DNA of 61,358 bases, the filler included, from Chiloscyllium plagiosum (Eukaryota): assembly GCF_004010195.1 (NCBI RefSeq). It is 5 parts of one record of this genome, joined end to end, with 100 filler letters (N's around TTAATTAATTAA, not from the genome) between each part and the next. Parts side by side here need not be neighbours in the genome. Positions count along the whole stretch, not along the records: positions 50,462 to 54,966 come from NC_057717.1; positions 55,067 to 61,358 come from NC_057717.1; 3 more parts are not named here. The stretch is one strand, 5' to 3'. Each line of letters begins with the position of its first letter. The first letter of the stretch is position 1. This document shows positions 50,362-61,358 of the stretch, piece after piece. The position numbers were made by a program, and so were the translations under genes. Under the pieces are notes generated by a model, which was not told the DNA's origin, did not search any database, and saw only the letters and a program-made list of their open reading frames with translations.

Positions 50362-51039
50362 NNNNNNNNNNNNNNNNNNNNNNNNNNNNNNNNNNNNNNN
50401 NNNNNTTAATTAATTAANNNNNNNNNNNNNNNNNNNNNNNNNNNNNNNNNNNNNNNNNNNNGAATTATTTTAGGGACTGAATTCTGGAATTACTGAGCTC
50501 GATAATGAGTTGTAAAGAATAAGTTGCATCAGGCTGGAAAGAGTCAATTGTTTTCTTTTACATCAATTGCTGACCTGTACAGTCCGTATGGACTTACTAC
50601 AACATTTAAAATGGCATGAGGTGAGATCCTTATCAGGGATAGGTCTGCAGCTGGAGTAGATATGAAGGGGAAAGTGAATAGGGACGAGTGAGAGCTTTAT
50701 AGATGGCCTCCTGGAGATTTCCTTCTTGCCGTATGGAGGAGGAGATTTTCTCAGAGTTTTTTTTTACCATCATCGTTCTGAGATTGCCTGTTACAGGATA
50801 TAGTCTGTGCAGAGCATGAGTTGATTTGGGCACAGGTTACCCAATGTCTCCTGAACTGCAACGATACCTCGGCCTTAAAATTTGTTCCATATCCGGTTAC
50901 CCTGCCCAAATCACATTTCCAGCTTTACCAAACTATTCCAGCACCCATTACACTGTTATACTATCTACCTTATCAAACAACACTGTCTACGTTTTTATAA
51001 ACCACCCACGTACTTTTTCCTCTGGGAAATCATGTAGAA

Positions 51040-51099
51040 ATGTGTGTATGTGTCAGTGTGTGTGTGTCTGTGTCTGTGTGTGTGTGTCTGTGTGTGTGT
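51040..51099 (+). repeat. Interrupted (TG)n microsatellite
   Basis: tgtgtgtatgtgtcagtgtgtgtgtgtctgtgtctgtgtg... Confidence 0.95.
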
Positions 51100-53089
51100 A
51101 TATTCACCCGAACCACAGGACTTATTTCATCAAACATTTTGTATCCAATCTCGCCCTGAAGATGTGACTGCTTCTTCCAAGCCTGACTGCCGTGATTGTA
51201 ATAACGGCAGCCAGCGACGCCTCATAGAATAAATCGCTGAAAGGAGACAGACGGTAGTAGTTGATGGAAAATATTCATTCTAGAGTTCAGTTACTAATGA
51301 AGTACTACAAGGATCACTTTTTGGATCCACTTTTTTTAGTCGATTTTTATATAAATGAATGAGAGCACAGAAGGATGGTGGATTAATATGCGGATGACAT
51401 TAAGTTCGTTAGAGTTGTGGACAGTTACTAAGGATGTATGGATTGCAGAGATAAGTAGATAAGCTGAAGAGCTATGACGAAAGGTGGCGAATGCAGTTTA
51501 ACGCGGAAACGTGTGAGGTGGTTCGGTTTGGAAGGAATCCAATGTAATGGGCGAATACTCAGATTCGTGCTTGTGTGGATGAGCACAGAGATCTCGGTGT
51601 CGAGGTACATCGATGTTTGAATGTAGCCTCCCAGGTTGATAGGGTTATTGAGATGGCATATGGTGTGTTAGCTTTGATTGATAGGGGGATAGGGGGATTT
51701 AGTTTCGGAAATAGGAGATCATGCTTCAAGCCGGACTAAACTCTGTTGCAACCACATTCTGGGAAATGTGCACAGTTCTGGTCACCATATTACAGGAAGA
51801 ATGTGCATGCTTTTGAAAGGGTTCAGATGAGATTTACTGGGAAATCGCCAGTTATGGAGGGAGATATTAAAAGGAAAAGCTGAGGGAGTTAAGGCTGTTT
51901 TCGTTAGAAAAATGTTTGAGAGGTGAATTAATTGAGACACAAAAGTTAATTAAAATATTTGATAGGTTGGATAGTGAGTGGCTGTTTTCCTTGAATGGCG
52001 ATGGCTGGCAGGAGGGCTTTGAAATCAACAGTGATAGATATTGGACAAATGTCAGTGGTAGTTTCTTTCCTCAGATTGTTGTAGGGACTTGGAACTCTGC
52101 CTGCAACAGTAGAGGTATTGCCACATTTCAGAGTATTTAAATTGTCATTGTCAGGCATATGGACGAGAATGGAATAATGTTTGTTACATGGGCTTCAGAT
52201 TGGTTCCACAGGTGGGCACAACATCGAGTGTTAAAAGGCATGCACTGGGCTGTAAAGTTCTATGTTCTACGTTCCAAAATTGAGGCTGTTAATCTGATCC
52301 CATCAGTGCTCCAGTGACAAGTGATTCGAGCGTTGTCCTTGTTTCCCTGTGAACAGGTTGTACAGTTGGTTTTGGGATCTGACTTTGCCGCCCATTTCCC
52401 CAGTAAATTGTCTTTTGTTGTGTATCGCTGTTAATTTTAACCGTATGTTTGTAATTTGTACTGGTAAGTTTAAAAAATGGTTGTGATTCAGGGATAATGA
52501 CACTCTGATGCCTGCCTCTGTATGAAGCAATCCTTCAGTCAAGAACTGTTCACTTGTAAGTGCAGCGTTACTTGGTGATGGAATACCTGCCTCAGACTTT
52601 TTTTAGATATCATCTCAGACAGCACAACCATTAAGCCTTCACTTCCAGATAAACACAGTGTTACGTGCTCGCTGAACAGATACACGGTTTGCAGCACAGA
52701 GACAGGAAATTCATTCCATGTCACTGTCCCTTCTCCGTCTATGATCAGGTGTTTATTATTTCATAGAGTACGGACCTGTTTTTAACCAGCCAATAATTCA
52801 TTCCATCCTCAATTCCAAAACCAACCACCAGCACTTCATCGGTTACATATCCATTGCAATTTTCATCATAGTAAACTCCTGTAAAGAGATACATATTAAA
52901 TGGTTTATCTGTGAAATATTTAATTCTTGTTAATTTAGCTTTGATTAATGAACACTGACATGTCTGTTTTTACTAATTGTCTTCAAATTGATCGTCCTCC
53001 CTCCGCACCATTACATCTATTGACTTTAATCAATGTTTCCCAATAACATCGCCTCTGCCATTCTCACTTCCTCTCGGCACATCCTTCAG

Positions 53090-54000
53090 ATTCATAGAGT
53101 TTTATAGGGGAGAAATGCTTCGATCCTTCGATCGAAATCGTCCATGCTGAGCACATATCCTCAACTAATCTAGTCCTATTTTCCAGCACTTGGCCAATAT
53201 CCCTGTAAACCATTCCTGTTCATGTACCCATCCAGATGCCTTTTCTAATGTTGTATTTGTATCACTCTCCACACTTCCTCTGGTATTTCATTCCAGACAC
53301 GGACCATGTTCTGTGTGAAAACATTGCTCCTCAGATAACTTTTAAATCTTTCCCTTCTCACCTTAAACGTATGGTCTCTAGTTTTGGACTCTCCTTCTCT
53401 TTATTCGTCCCATACCCATTATTGTTTATTAACATCCACAAGCTTACCCTTCAGTCTCTGTCGAACCAGCGATCAAGGCTGCAGCCTTCTCAGCCTCGGG
53501 CGAAAGTGAGGATTGCAGATTCTGGAGGTCAGAGTCCAGATTAGACTTATGCTGGAAATGCACAGCAGGTCAGGCAGCATCTGAGGAGCAGGAAAATCGA
53601 CTTCATCAGGAAGGACTTTTGCCCGAAACTTGATTTTCGTCCTCTTCAAATGCTGCCTGACCTGCTGTGCTTCTCCAGAAAACTCTAAGCTGGAATCAAT
53701 TCAGCGTCACTCAAACCCTCAAATACTTCAACCTTTGCTAAGTCCTTGTAAATATTTTCTGGATCCTTTCAAATTTAACACAATCTTTCTTATCGCAGAA
53801 AGTTCAGACTTTAACATAAATTTCTAAAACTGGCCTTACCAATGTTCTGTCCAGCTGGAACATGACATCCCAAAGCATATACTCAAAGCTTGCACTGACG
53901 AATGCTGCTTTCACTACCCTGTCTCCGTGTGACTCCAAAATCATGGAACTATGCACGCGGGCCCCGAGGTCTTTCTTTTTAAATAACACTCCCTCAGGCC
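53090..54000 (-). mobile_element. Decayed CR1 3' portion interrupted by a Penelope terminal palindrome
   Basis: DLGARVHSS...RTLVRPVLE peptide; CR1 3'UTR at 53090-53300. Confidence 0.78.
53498..53690. mobile_element. Inverted pair of Penelope terminal repeats with no coding sequence
   Basis: gctggaaatgcacagcaggtcaggcagcat...aaaatc (from 53551) mirrors gatttt...atgctgcctgacctgctgtgcttctccag (to 53678). The centre holds pieces of the hammerhead motif. Confidence 0.8.
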
Positions 54001-55066
54001 CTTAAACGTACTGCATACATTTCTTTACTTTATTTAATTGTCTCCATTCCAGTCCTGCTGGCACTGGACCACCATCCCTTTTCTTATTTAATTTCCTTGT
54101 TCCACCCAATCACAGACTCTCTGTTTTCCAATTGAAGGTCCGACCTTGATTACAATCTTCCATTTTTTATAATTTTTGCTGTTGTTTTTATATCGATGAT
54201 TGATATAGTATCTTGCTGAGATTACTTTCGATGTAGAAATAATTTACCAGACATTTGCAGAACACACTGACCATGGTATCTGACCGTGTGAAACATCGGT
54301 TTCCTGCCATGTGTGTTAACACATTCTGTTAACTAACAAAATCCTACACCTGGAGTGATGAAAGAGCTCCACTCTGCATTCAGTATTTTCCAGTTTGTCT
54401 CCAATTGTGGGTTGTACAGTAGAAGTGCTTTGTGATTTGAAATGTTGATGAAGTCAATAGGGAATAGTCCTGCACATGGAGACGACCTGTGTCATCATCA
54501 CAAGGAAGCTGTGCAGGCGTCCACCTCCCTGTTCAGACCACCGTCTTTGCAAGTCATCTCGCGTTGCCACACGAGAGGAGATCAAGCACAGAATAGAAAC
54601 AGCTGCTGAGAGAAGAGGTGGAGCAGAGAGTGAAGGACTCTCAGCAGGACGCGAAGAGATTTCAAGTCGAAGGTCTCGCCCGTCCTCTTAATCCAGATAC
54701 AGTGAGTGTAGCGTCTTCAGTTTACAATTAATAAAACGCTGACTTGTGCAGACAGTCAGCAGCACAACAGGACAGTTACACCTCACTGTCAGTTCTCTCA
54801 GCTATAGCACAACGTTTTGAGCTATTTGCATTACTCTGAATGGGAGCAGGTCCATTTCTCATTACCATTCATGAGCTCAACTTGTAGCATGGTCTAGCTT
54901 TAACTCGATGATATCTGACAGAACTGGACGGCATGTAACACGGGGGGAGTGTAGGCAGGAACAAGGNNNNNNNNNNNNNNNNNNNNNNNNNNNNNNNNNN
55001 NNNNNNNNNNTTAATTAATTAANNNNNNNNNNNNNNNNNNNNNNNNNNNNNNNNNNNNNNNNNNNN

Positions 55067-55863
55067 GAGGGAGTCGAAGGGTGGGTCAGTAAATTTGCAG
55101 ATGATACGAAGATTGGTGGAGTTGCGGATAGTGACGAGGGCTGTTGTCGGCTGCAAAGGGACTTAGACGGTTAATGGTAGGGTTCTTAGTAACGTGGAGG
55201 AACAGAGGAATCTTGGGGTCTATGTTCATAGATCTTTGAAAGTTGCCACTCAGGTGGATAGAGCTTGTAAGCAGGCCTATGGTATATTAGCGTTCATTAG
55301 GAGAGGGATTGAATTCAAGAGTCGTGAAGTGATGTTGCAACTGTACAGGACTTTGGTTCGGCCACATTTGGAGTACTGTGTGCAGTTCTGGTCGCCTCAC
55401 TTTAGGAAAGATGTGGAAGCTTTGGAGAGGGTGCAGAGAAGATTTACCAGGATGTTGCCTGGAATGGAGAATAGGTCGTACGAGGATAGCTTGAGAGTGC
55501 TAGGCCTTTTCTCGTTGGAACGGCAAAGGATGAGTGGTGACTTGATAGATGTTTATAAGATGATCAGCTGAATAGATAGAGTAGACAGTCAGAAACTATT
55601 TCCCCGGGTACAACAGAGTGTTACAAGGGGGCATAAATTTAAGGTGAAGGGTGGAAGGTATGGGGGGTTCTTTACCCAGAGAGTGGTGGGGGCATGGAAT
55701 GCCCTGCCTGTGGGAGTGGTAGAGTCAGAATCTTTGGTGACCTTTAAGCGGCAATTGGATAGGTACATGGATGGGTGCTTAAGCTAGGACAAACGTTCGG
55801 CACAATATCGTGGGCTGAAGTGCCTGTTCTGTGCTGTATTGTTCTATGTTCTATGTTCTATAG
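55067..55863 (+). mobile_element. CR1 LINE 3' portion, young, with internal deletions
   Basis: SKFADDTKIGG, RPHLEYCVQFWSPHFRKDVEALERVQRRFTRMLPG; tail (ttctatg)n. Confidence 0.95.
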
Positions 55864-55934
55864 AAGGTGAAGTACGTATGGATCAAGCTGCGAGAGGACG
55901 TGGGAGAGAAGAGCACAATTAGAAAATTTACACA

Positions 55935-56955
55935 AATAACACAGAATATTACAGCGGAGTACAGGCACGTCAGTCCTCTACGTTGCGACGATCAGTAAAA
56001 TCAAACTGAATCCCATATTGTCCTATACGATTCCCTTTTCGTCCATATATCTACTTAGTGAGCATTTAAATACACTTAAAGCTGACAGGTCTACTACTGT
56101 TGCAGGCAGAGCATTCCACACTCCTTCTACTCTCTGAGTAAAGAGACTAACTATGACATCTGTCCTATATGTATCACCCGTCAATTTAAAGCTATGTCCC
56201 TTCTGCTAGCCGTCAACATCCAAGGATAATGGCTCTCACTGTCCGCCCTCTTCACCGGTTAAGAGGGCGGACAGTGTGGAATTAAGTCACCCTCAACCAT
56301 CTTCTCTCGAACGAAAATAAAAGCCTCAGGTACCTCAGCCTTTCATCGTAAGACATTCACTCCATACTAGGCAACATCCTCGTAAATCTCTTCAGAACCA
56401 TTTCCAAGGCATCCACGTCCTTCCTGCAATTCAGTGACCAGAACTGTGCGCAATACTCAAAATGCTGACGCACCAGCGTCTCGTGCAGCTGCAGCGTGAT
56501 CTCATGGTTCCGAAACGCAATCCCTCTACTAATTAAACTTAACATAACGTATGACATCTTATCAAACATGTCAACCTGTGTGGTGCCTTTCTGGGATCCA
56601 TGTACATGGACAACGAGTTTTCCCTGCTCAAGTACACTGCTAAGAATCTTACCATTAGCCCAGTACTCTGTATTCCTGTTACTCCTGACAAGGTGAATCG
56701 ACTCACACTTTTCCGCATTACTATGTCGCTCTGTAAATTACAACATTATTCAGCCTTATCCACCACTCTTCCAAACTTAGTGTCACACGCAAATCTATTC
56801 TCCCATTCTTCTACGCCCTCATTCATGTCGCTTATAAAAATGACAAATAGCAGTTGACCCAAAAGAGATCCCTGTGGTACGCCACTAGTAACTGAACTCC
56901 AAAATGAGGATATCCCATCAACCCCCTCCCTCTGTCTTCGTTCAGCTCGCCAAAA
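55935..56955 (-). mobile_element. CR1 LINE RT/3' portion, decayed
   Basis: SGVPQGSLLGQLLFVIFI and HFEYCAQFWS peptides. Confidence 0.88.
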
Positions 56956-57320
56956 TCTTTTGGGCAGGTACACGGATAGGAAGGATTTAGAGGAATACGG
57001 ACGTGGGAATGTGGGACTAGTTCAGTTTAAGAGACGAGTTCGGCATAGGTCAAACATTCTGTTTCTGTACCGGGTCAGTCTAAGACTGAAAGACATCACT
57101 TCTCTTCCATGACGAATTATTTGTAGCATCAATCTATTTCCAAGTGAAAAATCCTCCTTAAGTACTTCTAATCATCTTGTTCTCCAAACCTTGAATGGTA
57201 TTTTCCTGACATTAATGTAATTCTACAGGCCACAACAGCAGCGGAAGCAGAATTGTGTTCAAAAACAAACTGTACATTTCTTTTTCCTGGGGCAATCACT
57301 CAGTCTAACTGTTCCTTAAA

Positions 57321-58772
57321 GCCGATTTATGATTCAGTGACGTGTGTGGGTGAACATGTTATGTTCAGAACCATGTGTACCTAAGACTGATGACAAGTCG
57401 TTGAACGTATCAGACTTGACTGCTTGCATTTCAAACAGCACAAGGAACATACCAAAGAGAGGCCAAAATAATCCCAAGAGCATCACATATAATCCATGCC
57501 GTGCAGTCACCCCACGTCATATCTAAATGATGGTGGACTATTGAACAACTCACTGGAGGATACGGCTCCAAGCATATCCCCATCCAAATTAATGGAACAG
57601 TTTTGCATATCAATTTAAAAGCGAAGTATGTAGCATCTGCACCATCCCCATGCCTTCCTCCCCACGTCGATTGCCAGATGGCAGTCGTCAAACAATTCGA
57701 TTGGCAGAACTCGACGTGCAGGAACGGCTGAACCCAGTAGATACGACAAAGGCAATGGTCCCTGACCCAATTACTTAAATAGGACGAAAGACATGTGTTG
57801 CACAACAAGCCGTGTTCCAGGGGAAACTGTTTCTATCCAGCTCCAACTCTGACATCTATCCGGCAATGCAGAAAATTGTTCAACTATGGCCTGTTACTAC
57901 ACTGTAGAGATTCTAAAATAATATACAAGAAAGACATTCAATTATATCGAATTTCTCCGGCGTCGTCATGGCTAAAATTGGGCACAGCATCCCGCCCTAG
58001 CTTAGGTATTGGAAAAGCAAACGGAAAACACGGCCCTGTCGACCCTGCCGATTTATGATTCAGTGACGTGAGTGGGTGAACATGTTATGTTCAGAACCAT
58101 GTGTACCTAAGACTGATGACAAGTCGTTGAACGTATCAGACTTGACTGCTTGCATTTCAAACAGCACAAGGAACATACCAAAGAGAGGCCAAAATAATCC
58201 CAAGAGCATCACATATAATCCATGCCGTGCAGTCACCCCACGTCATATCTAAATGATGGTGGACTATTGAACAACTCACTGGAGGATACGGCTCCAAGCA
58301 TATCCCCATCCAAATTAATGGAACAGCTTTGCATATCAATTTAAAAGCGAAGTATGTAGCATCTGCACTATCCCCATGCCTTCCTCCCCACGTCGATTGC
58401 CAGATGGCAGTCGTCAAACAATTCGATTGGCAGAACTTGACGTGCAGGAACGGCTGAACCCAGTAGATACGACAAAGGCAATGGTCCCTGACCCAATTAC
58501 TGAAATAGGACGAAAGACATGTGTTGCACAACAAGCCGTGTTCCAGGGGAAACTGTTTCTATCCTGCTCCAACTCTGACATCTATCCGGCAATGCAGAAA
58601 ATTGTTCAACTATGGCCTGTTTCTACACTGTAGAGATTCTAAAATAATATACAAGAAAGACATTCAATTATATCGAATTTCTCCGGCGTCGTCATGGCTA
58701 AAATTGGGCACAGCATCCCGCCCTAGCTTAGGTATTGGAAAAGCAAACGGAAAACACGGCCTTGCCGACCCT
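57321..58772 (+). repeat. Tandem duplication, 2 x 726 bp (LINE-derived fragment plus ~140 bp of other sequence)
   Basis: gccgatttatgattcagtgacgtg at 57321 and 58047; ORF track repeats with a 726 offset; about 9 substitutions seen by eye. Confidence 0.96.
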
Positions 58773-58781
58773 CCTGCTTAA

Positions 58782-59080
58782 GGACGGCACGGTAGCACAG
58801 TGGTTAGCACTGCTGCCTCACAGCGCAGTGCTAACCACTGTGAACAGTCAGTCGCCTGAGTCGGGAATTGAACCCAGAGATTTGGGTTCAATTCCCGACT
58901 CAGGCGACTGACTGTGTGGAGTTTGCACGTTCTCCCCGTGTCTGCGTGGGTTTCTTCCGTGTGCTCCGGTTTCTTCCCACAGTCACAAAGACAGGTGAAT
59001 TGGCCATGCTAAATTGGGTGGGTTGCGGTTCGGTGTGGACTTGTTGGGCCAAAGGGGCTGTTTTCACACTGTAATGTAAT
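58782..59080 (+). mobile_element. HE1-like SINE with an internal double fold-back insertion
   Basis: A box ggtagcacagtggttagc, B box ggttcaattcc, core tgtgtggagtttgcac, 3' end ttgggccaaaggggctgttttcacactgtaatgtaat. Confidence 0.9.
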
Positions 59081-61358
59081 CGAAACAACTGAGATCTTGT
59101 GACAACATTTCCAGAGCTTTCCTACAGGCTGCACAGGAACATCGTGAAAGAAGGAGGCCCGGAGGCCATTAAAACAAATGAGCCTCTGATGGCTGAACAT
59201 CTCTGCAAAACAGTATTAACACAGCGTTAGCACCGTATGTACCCATAAATGTGATTGACCATTGAAAATAAAATAAAATAGGAACTGCAGTCGTCGATTC
59301 GAGTAATCGATTTCCCTTCCTGAATCAATCTAACAATATCTGATCTTTCATCTTCACATCACACGCTGTCTCCAGTCACAGCACGGTTCCGCCTCGAAAT
59401 CTTTTTTTATTCAAATTCAGTGCTTTGATTCCACAGTCTGAGACTGTGAATAATTCTCCAAATTTGCAAGTTTCTAAGTTCAGACATTTATCCTCATCTC
59501 AATGCGGAGTGGTCTGCGTTATGTAATACAGTGGCCACTTGTTTTAGAATGGGAATTATCATCCCAGTTTCGAATCCTTGTCGCCCTGTCAATGTTTTAT
59601 ACATTTCACTTAGATCTCGATTATGTATCGCAAACCTCATGCAAAAAGGCACAGTCCACCCAAACACTGCTCACACCAGCCTGTCAATCCAGAGTTCAGT
59701 CTGGTCAATCTTCACTGCATTGTAGTTCAAGCCTGCTGTCGATCAGATGGGTTCTGTAACAACGTACTCCATAGTGACATCCGATGTTTCCCATTCCTTG
59801 ATGTAAAGGTATCTTTTTGGTGGATCTTGCTCAGTTAGCTTGTTCCAAATGGGAGCCCAGATGCAACAGGCCAAGGGAAGGTCTGAGCAGGTCGTTAAGC
59901 AGTGATAATTGAAGGTCAGCACAGATGGCTTCGATTATCCTGGTGCATTTTCCTCAGTCAGTAGATGCATAGTGGCATGATGTTTGTGAGTCCATGTCAC
60001 TAGGAGCGGTGTTATGGTGTGTAATGTTAAAATGTTTGATTGTCAAAAACGTCGTGTGAGTTTTGCCTTTTATTACAAGATGTACAGTGCTGTGGTCCAG
60101 ACTTTAATAGGATAAATGTTGAGTTTTGTTGATACAGCTCTCCCACAGAGCATCAAGCAACTCTGTTGAACAAGATGTTTTACACCTTCCGCTTTGTTGC
60201 TGGAATGATTTGAAGTTCTCTAAAGGATAATGCTCTATGTGAATATGGTCCCCTTTGTCGACATTTGGGATTATTACTTCGTTTTTGGCTAATCGTTTGA
60301 ATAAGTATTTATGATTATTCTTCTTAATATTATCATTATTTTTGGCACAGACGTTTTGGAGATTCATCGCCCGGATTTTCTTTTTTAGACTAATCAACAT
60401 GCGTTCATCATGTAACACCATGGACTGCAGTTCTCTGGCAACGTTGTGAAATGTCTGTCATTGCACCTGTTCCATATGGCTGAGGACAGTGGAGACTGGG
60501 TGGTACAACAGGATTATTTGCTGATAAAAGGCAAGTTTTATTCGGGTGACTGATGTGCAATGGAGGATCTTTGATATTATTGTGCTGTTCCGAAGCTCCA
60601 ATCGCGTTCAAGAACATTCGGCCATATGGAGTCAAAGGCAGATCGATTGTTGTGACCGGTATTTGACCTGATATACAACACAGAGGGACTCCATAAGTTG
60701 AAAACTATATCAATATCGCCAGTTGATCCATCATCCGTCAGCAGCGCACTACTGAAAGTGTATGAATCATCGATCGACTCAGCTTTTCATAATGCTCTTT
60801 GCCCATGTCGTGTGACATCATTGAGCTGATGGTCAGACGGATTGTCTGTCTAGTGTCTTACTGGTTGGGGTGGTTTATTGGAGGTCACATTTAGGTACTG
60901 AATAACCCCAGATAATATTGTGACGAGCGAGGACTCGAAAGAAGTGAAGGATCGGAGTGAGGCAATATTGCAGGGACTTGCTGGTGCACGCTTGCACCTG
61001 GAAATTTATAAATGTTTGCAGTAATGAGAACACCGAGCTGAACATTCTCACAGGACATTGTGAATGTCAGAGCTGCTGCATCAGTATGCTGGCTGGGACA
61101 TAATTGACACAGCATGTTTTACGTCAGTGGAGTAATGTAGTTGATCAAATTATGTGACACAAAATGTACTTTTCTTCAATTTCAAAATAATTCATTTGAT
61201 GGAAAGTACAGTTAATTCGGCGGTAGGTCGCAAGATTTAAATTGAATTTAATTTCGTATTGGATAAGGTTTTGTAAGGTTCAGAGTGCATGCGTTATTGC
61301 CATAATGCCAGCGAGTATTACAACACAGAAGACAGAGTGTCCTGGCGCATTAGCATCT

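Larger units (their letters stand above)
43130..52275 (+). mobile_element. Near full-length decayed CR1 LINE split by nested sequences (pieces ~43130-44094, 45618-46899, 51225-52275)
   Basis: ORF1 esterase remnant (VVHTGKND, GLQLNW); endonuclease to ...EVRNRKGAV; resumes at IDW...GDSD; RT stops at FDKVP.GR (~46895) and resumes at AERRQTVVVDG (~51236); tail tctatgttctacgttc. A contig spacer at 50362-50461 makes continuity of the last piece uncertain. Confidence 0.75.

Noticed and set aside
54476..54710. 71-aa ORF and a possible exon ending at a gtgagt donor
   Set aside because: No recognisable protein similarity or partner exon; cannot be supported without transcript data.
23653..55066. Four TTAATTAATTAA palindromes embedded in N runs
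   Set aside because: Always exactly 44 N + 12 nt + 44 N = 100 bp; an artificial scaffolding linker, not biology.
1..61358. CRISPR arrays, rRNA genes or prokaryotic defence/operon systems
   Set aside because: No regularly spaced repeat-spacer array or rRNA-like sequence; the window is intron-containing, retroelement-rich vertebrate DNA.

Overview
This is vertebrate nuclear DNA, most likely from a cartilaginous fish. That is inferred from HE1-type tRNA-derived SINEs that share 3' ends with abundant CR1 LINEs, and from GPR139-like receptor genes. The window is mostly repeats and contains assembly gaps. Genes: (1) an intact two-exon class A GPCR of the GPR139/GPR142-like group on + (exon 1 14792-14858, missed by the ORF track; exon 2 17461-18347; 317 aa); (2) a frameshifted paralogue exon 2 on - (36838-37722); (3) probably a third paralogue whose ATG falls on the left window edge. 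The last follows because 1-5048 is an inverted duplicate of 9411-14793, the upstream region of gene 1, implying a head-to-head gene pair around a decayed Gmr1-like Gypsy element. Mobile DNA: many CR1 copies (two with ORF1), Penelope-like elements whose terminal repeats carry minimal hammerhead-ribozyme motifs, a decayed class I (gamma/epsilon-like) ERV gag-pro-pol, solo LTRs and SINEs. Several local template-switch scars are visible: a 93-bp exact copy, a double fold-back in a SINE, a 40-bp palindrome, and 211-bp and 726-bp tandem duplications. All alignments were done by eye and repeat boundaries are approximate. I found no clearly new multi-gene system; the best candidates are the duplicating orphan-GPCR cluster and the Penelope hammerheads.
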